From a virus (taxonomy: Duplodnaviria > Heunggongvirae > Uroviricota > Caudoviricetes), in the IMG/VR virus record IMGVR_UViG_3300044557_000292, positions 160,001 to 224,000 of that record: a stretch of 64,000 nt of DNA. The stretch is one strand, 5' to 3'. Below, piece by piece: positions 60,171 to 64,000 of the stretch. Numbering within the stretch: position 1 is the stretch's first letter; each line of letters opens with the position of its first letter. A program made the translations under genes and the position numbers. The notes under the pieces are model-generated. The model did no database searches. It saw only the letters and a list, made by a program, of their open reading frames with translations, and was not told the DNA's origin.

Positions 60171-61286
60171 TCATATGAACGGTCTATAGATCTTATTCCT
60201 AACTAATCCATTAGAGTTATTAGGTTTAATGTCTTCCTTGATTACTGGAGTTGAAGACGAGGCAGAATGAGTATGATCATCTTCATTATCTTCACTACTG
60301 TCGGTGGACATGTCGAACTCGTACTCAAGGAGTTGATCATCGAGATCATCCCTGCACTCCGCATCTTTAAGGAATTTCGGAGTCCATCCGAACATGTCCT
60401 TCTGCTCGATGAGGGTAACACCTTCGGATACGAGTTGGGATCTGCTTACCGATGAGCCAGATGTGATTACGTCATACGTGACCTGCTCATGCAGGCTGTC
60501 AACTATAGAAGGGATGCTGCGTCCATTATAGGAATCATGATAATCTGTATGATTATGGTTGAATAGACCAATCGCATCCTGTTTGGGGGCAAGGGCGCTG
60601 TCACCGTTAATGGTTAGTATCATAGAGTCAGGAGACCAATTCTGTTTCATGCATCCCATGATCTGATTGATAGACCACTTGTAGTACTTAAGATTCTCTG
60701 GATCATCACTGCTTCCAATGATGTTCTCAAGAGATCCCCACTTAGCGTCATAATCATCATACGGTTTAGACAGACCAGCGATAAGATGTCCATCGTCAAT
60801 GAGTGAGATCCCCATGTGATCATATGTTGACTGGACGCTTAACAGCCTGCTCGACCTAGACCATGATAACTGTCGTGGGGGATTATCCTTAAGATTAGAT
60901 CCAATACGCTCCCACCACGCTATTGCTATGGCGTCATCCACAGATCTTATCCTCACGTCAGCTGTTGATAAGCTCATGCTAAAGCCAACGTAGAAGTCCT
61001 CTGGAGGCATTCCGAGTAGCGGTTGTATGATGACGTTGTCCTTCACTGGGCCATCTAACGCTAAGACCCTGATCTTCGTCCTGGGAGCTTTATCAATCAT
61101 GGAATAGGCGGTGGAGACGATCTCGTCAACACTATTACGATCGTTCAACCGCATACTATCATGATACTCTTCGGTAAGATTCATAAGATCGCGAATGATG
61201 AGTACAAGGCATCCATTATCCTCAACGATCGTGGTTACCTTCATCGTCTTAACGATGTTGTCTACAAGATGATTCATATTGACCAT
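60171..61286 (-). CDS. Hypothetical protein
   Basis: 371 aa ORF within the minus-strand run. Confidence 0.6.
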   Translation of the reverse strand: MVNMNHLVDNIVKTMKVTTIVEDNGCLVLIIRDLMNLTEEYHDSMRLNDRNSVDEIVSTAYSMIDKAPRTKIRVLALDGPVKDNVIIQPLLGMPPEDFYVGFSMSLSTADVRIRSVDDAIAIAWWERIGSNLKDNPPRQLSWSRSSRLLSVQSTYDHMGISLIDDGHLIAGLSKPYDDYDAKWGSLENIIGSSDDPENLKYYKWSINQIMGCMKQNWSPDSMILTINGDSALAPKQDAIGLFNHNHTDYHDSYNGRSIPSIVDSLHEQVTYDVITSGSSVSRSQLVSEGVTLIEQKDMFGWTPKFLKDAECRDDLDDQLLEYEFDMSTDSSEDNEDDHTHSASSSTPVIKEDIKPNNSNGLVRNKIYRPFI

Positions 61287-61301
61287 ATTCTGACTCTTAT
61301 C

Positions 61302-62192
61302 CTAAGCTACGATCATTCCGTATATGATAGCACTGATGAGGATGAGAATGACAAGCCCGGCTAGAACGATCTTTATCGGCTCGTACCTCCACAAGTCGGA
61401 GAAGTACTTCTTCACCCTACTCCAGGAGAATGGTTCCTTCTTCTTCTCCAGGGGCTCACCGTCAAAAGTCTTCCTTATATTAGTGAACGTGTCGGCCAGA
61501 GTGCTAGCAAGACTCCTGTTGATGACGATCGTGACCATGGAGTCTTCATCTGAATCCTCATCACCGCTCACATGCTGGCGAACCACGAGCTTCGGGGGAT
61601 TCTGTGACAGATGTGCCCTATTATAAGGCTTGCCGGTCTTCTCATTCACCCAATCTTTGACCTCATAGTAGACAAGGGAGTCAAGAATCTTCATGGCGCC
61701 ACTGTCCTCACGCTGGAGGATTATGGCATCATCTGAAGATGTGGATTGACTATTAGAGATAAGATCCTCATATGTGGAATCATCAAGCTCGTCTTCATCT
61801 TGATCGTCTTCATCTTCAATTTCGTCTTCATTGAGATCATCAGAATCATGATCATCTGGATCAGGGATTGGATCTATCGACTCGGCTTCCTCGTCTGTTT
61901 CATCTAAAGACGTGCTGGGCGACGTTTCATTCAGCACGGGATTAGCGTCAACCTCAGGATCTTGTATGGTATCTGTTTCCCTGCCGTAGACATTCTTATG
62001 CTCTTCGTCCTCATTGCTGTTAAGCGTAGACTCTGCAGCGTCAGTCATAGACTTCTTTATAGACTCAAGTTCTGACTGAAGCTGGTTGATCTTATCGAGG
62101 TACTCCCGTGATGGCCCGCCATGATCATTCTCGTTACGATGATCTTGTTTAGAATTGGTTCTTTTTGATCGGTTAGTATTACTCGCCATCAT
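61302..62192 (-). CDS. Acidic hypothetical protein with a C-terminal membrane anchor
   Basis: 296 aa; D/E-rich linker; C-terminal TM. Confidence 0.65.
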   Translation of the reverse strand: MMASNTNRSKRTNSKQDHRNENDHGGPSREYLDKINQLQSELESIKKSMTDAAESTLNSNEDEEHKNVYGRETDTIQDPEVDANPVLNETSPSTSLDETDEEAESIDPIPDPDDHDSDDLNEDEIEDEDDQDEDELDDSTYEDLISNSQSTSSDDAIILQREDSGAMKILDSLVYYEVKDWVNEKTGKPYNRAHLSQNPPKLVVRQHVSGDEDSDEDSMVTIVINRSLASTLADTFTNIRKTFDGEPLEKKKEPFSWSRVKKYFSDLWRYEPIKIVLAGLVILILISAIIYGMIVA

Positions 62193-63045
62193 TCCTCGCT
62201 TGATCCTCGTTCACGTTACGGGCTGTTATAGCACCCTTATTATCATAAGATATGTCTCCAATTGTGGCCAGCACTGATCCATTGTCAAGATCAGTCTTGC
62301 CATTCGCATTGCCCACGGTCACGACCTGCCACTCACTCCCCGAATCAGAGTTCTTCACCTTCTCTAGGCCAATGTTGACGTTATCAAACGGAATAGCAGT
62401 CGTTTCAACACCCCAATCGGCTATCTTCGTGTTCAGATAGGCGTCTGGAGTCTTTGTTGATCTCGTGAACGATGATGTCCATCCTATAGTCACGTTCGTT
62501 ATGATTCCAGAGTCACCAGAAGTAGCATTAGCCGACTTCCAGTCAATGGTTACGGTAGATGAATCAGTCTTGAACTGTGATAGTAACAGAGAGTCGCTCA
62601 TGACGTGTAGGTCATTAGATCCAAGTCTGGCCAGTTTGCTGTCAGAGCTGAGAACAGATGGCGCGCCCCCAGATCTTGGCTGGATGAGCTTCGATATGAC
62701 CATTGACCTTGTCGTGATCATGTCAGCATACTTGTCTGGTATTGATGACTTTGCCACATCAGCACTGAGCCATTCGTCCCTTAGATCAGAGATGTCAACA
62801 CTGGAGTCTTTCCTGATGGAATTCCAGTCTAACCCGAAGGTGCCATCCGTGGATATGAACTCTTTTATGGTTGACTCGATGCTCTTCCTGTCAGCATCAT
62901 TAATCACGTAGGACTTTGAGGAAGAGTCTTGCTGGTTGCCATTGGCCATCTTGTTGACGATGAACACTCCGCCAATGATGACGGTGACCACGGCCATCAT
63001 GATGGCCGTCATCTTGTCGCCCCTGGTCTTGAAGATCTTACTCAT
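62179..63045 (-). CDS. Bitopic membrane protein (possible conjugation component)
   Basis: N-terminal TM; overlaps the stop of the VirB4-like gene; GGAGG RBS. Confidence 0.6.
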   Translation of the reverse strand: MSKIFKTRGDKMTAIMMAVVTVIIGGVFIVNKMANGNQQDSSSKSYVINDADRKSIESTIKEFISTDGTFGLDWNSIRKDSSVDISDLRDEWLSADVAKSSIPDKYADMITTRSMVISKLIQPRSGGAPSVLSSDSKLARLGSNDLHVMSDSLLLSQFKTDSSTVTIDWKSANATSGDSGIITNVTIGWTSSFTRSTKTPDAYLNTKIADWGVETTAIPFDNVNIGLEKVKNSDSGSEWQVVTVGNANGKTDLDNGSVLATIGDISYDNKGAITARNVNEDQARNDGE

Positions 63046-64000
63046 CTTGCCCTTCCTCCGCTTCCATCTGCATGCGCTTCTTCATTGGGTTAGTCTCGAA
63101 GGAATGGACCCATCTTGCGTTCTGCTGGATGATGTGCACGCGGCTCACCCGTCCAAGGTAGTCTTTCATGATGCACGTACCGGTATCAAGATCTGGGAAT
63201 ACGTCTCCGAATGACTGGTAGCTGATACCAAGGCTCTCGCAGAGATCTTGAATCTCGTTCTTATCCTCGGCGCGGAAGGCAAACCTGGTGACGGCGGAGT
63301 TCAAGAGCGAGTTCTTATCATCAGAACTAGACTCAAGGTCAGTGATGTTCTGGGTCATGAGGATGCAGGCCGTGTTCAATGATCGTCCCATCCTGAAGAG
63401 CTGTGACACGGCATTCCTTCCACCCTCAGAAGCGATGAACGCCCATGCCTCGTCAATGAGGACGGTCTTTGGTTCCAGCTTGTGAGCACTGTCACTCATG
63501 ACGGTCAGGATGAAGTCAACGATGAGGTACATGATGCCCAGCGAGAGTCTTTCCTTCGGCTCGTATGAATCCGGGTTCGCTCCGAGTGCAGGCATCTTGA
63601 GACCAAGAACCGTGATGATGGTAAGGCCGTCATCGATGGTGTCGATCTCGGTCTCACCACGACCCCTCTTGAAGAGTAGACCTGACATTGGATCAGATTG
63701 CTGTATGGTCTGGAGTTTCGTTCCAATGACAGACAACTCGGTCTCCCGTCTACGGAGGAGTAGATTCGTGAGGTTTGACAGTGATGGGTCGCTTCCGTAC
63801 GCAACGGTTGTGATCATCGGTTGGAGTAGCGTCTCCTGATCATTCGTGATATTTCCCACTAGGATGCGGACGAGGGCGGTAGCCTTAGCGACCTTCTTTT
63901 CCGGTGTTGATTCTGTTATCAGTGGGTCCATCTTGCCGGTCTGACTACCGTCGTTAAGATCTTTGATTTGCAGGTGACCGTCGAGCTCATCTTGCAATTC
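63038..64000 (-). CDS. VirB4/TcpF-like conjugation ATPase, C-terminal part (5' end outside window)
   Basis: Walker B VLIDEAW, RMGRSLN, MTQN, FAFR, GTCIMKDYLGRV; frame open to the window end. Confidence 0.85.
   Translation of the reverse strand, partial: ELQDELDGHLQIKDLNDGSQTGKMDPLITESTPEKKVAKATALVRILVGNITNDQETLLQPMITTVAYGSDPSLSNLTNLLLRRRETELSVIGTKLQTIQQSDPMSGLLFKRGRGETEIDTIDDGLTIITVLGLKMPALGANPDSYEPKERLSLGIMYLIVDFILTVMSDSAHKLEPKTVLIDEAWAFIASEGGRNAVSQLFRMGRSLNTACILMTQNITDLESSSDDKNSLLNSAVTRFAFRAEDKNEIQDLCESLGISYQSFGDVFPDLDTGTCIMKDYLGRVSRVHIIQQNARWVHSFETNPMKKRMQMEAEEGQDE

Noticed and set aside
1-64000. Jumbo phage or prophage origin
   Set aside because: PhoH, dCMP deaminase, the exonuclease and the sigma-like gene are phage-like, but there are no capsid, terminase or tail genes, while plasmid Rep and conjugation genes are present.

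Overview
A gene-dense, roughly 50% GC window, almost all minus-strand, that looks like part of a very large actinobacterial conjugative plasmid or ICE. A bifidobacterial megaplasmid is my best guess, but the host is inferred. It has no phage structural genes, rRNA, tRNA or CRISPR array. Transfer and surface functions: three giant paralogous VirB6/TrbL-like membrane proteins, a lysozyme+CHAP hydrolase, an NlpC/P60 hydrolase, TadE/TadG-like pilins, a prepilin peptidase, a signal peptidase, a large secreted adhesin-like protein, and a TcpF/ConE-type VirB4 that appears split into two distant genes. Replication and repair functions: a ColE2/pAL5000-type replicase beside a repeat-rich putative origin, DnaG, RecA, RecG, a 5'-3' exonuclease, HU and dCMP deaminase. 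Accessory genes: PhoH-PIN, Hsp20, TelA, two CAAX proteases, GNATs and a DivIVA-like protein. Two candidate new systems stand out. (1) A divergent sigma-70-like protein with sigma2-sigma3, an N-terminal wHTH and no recognisable sigma4, together with a conserved -10-only motif TGATATCTTA upstream of transfer/surface genes; DNA-metabolism genes instead carry GGTAC(T/C)AT. (2) An FtsK/TcpA-like ORF that stops just before its Walker A motif and ends in a short acidic intein-N-like peptide, suggesting an atypically split, trans-splicing intein. All product calls come from recognising motifs by eye; no database searches were run.
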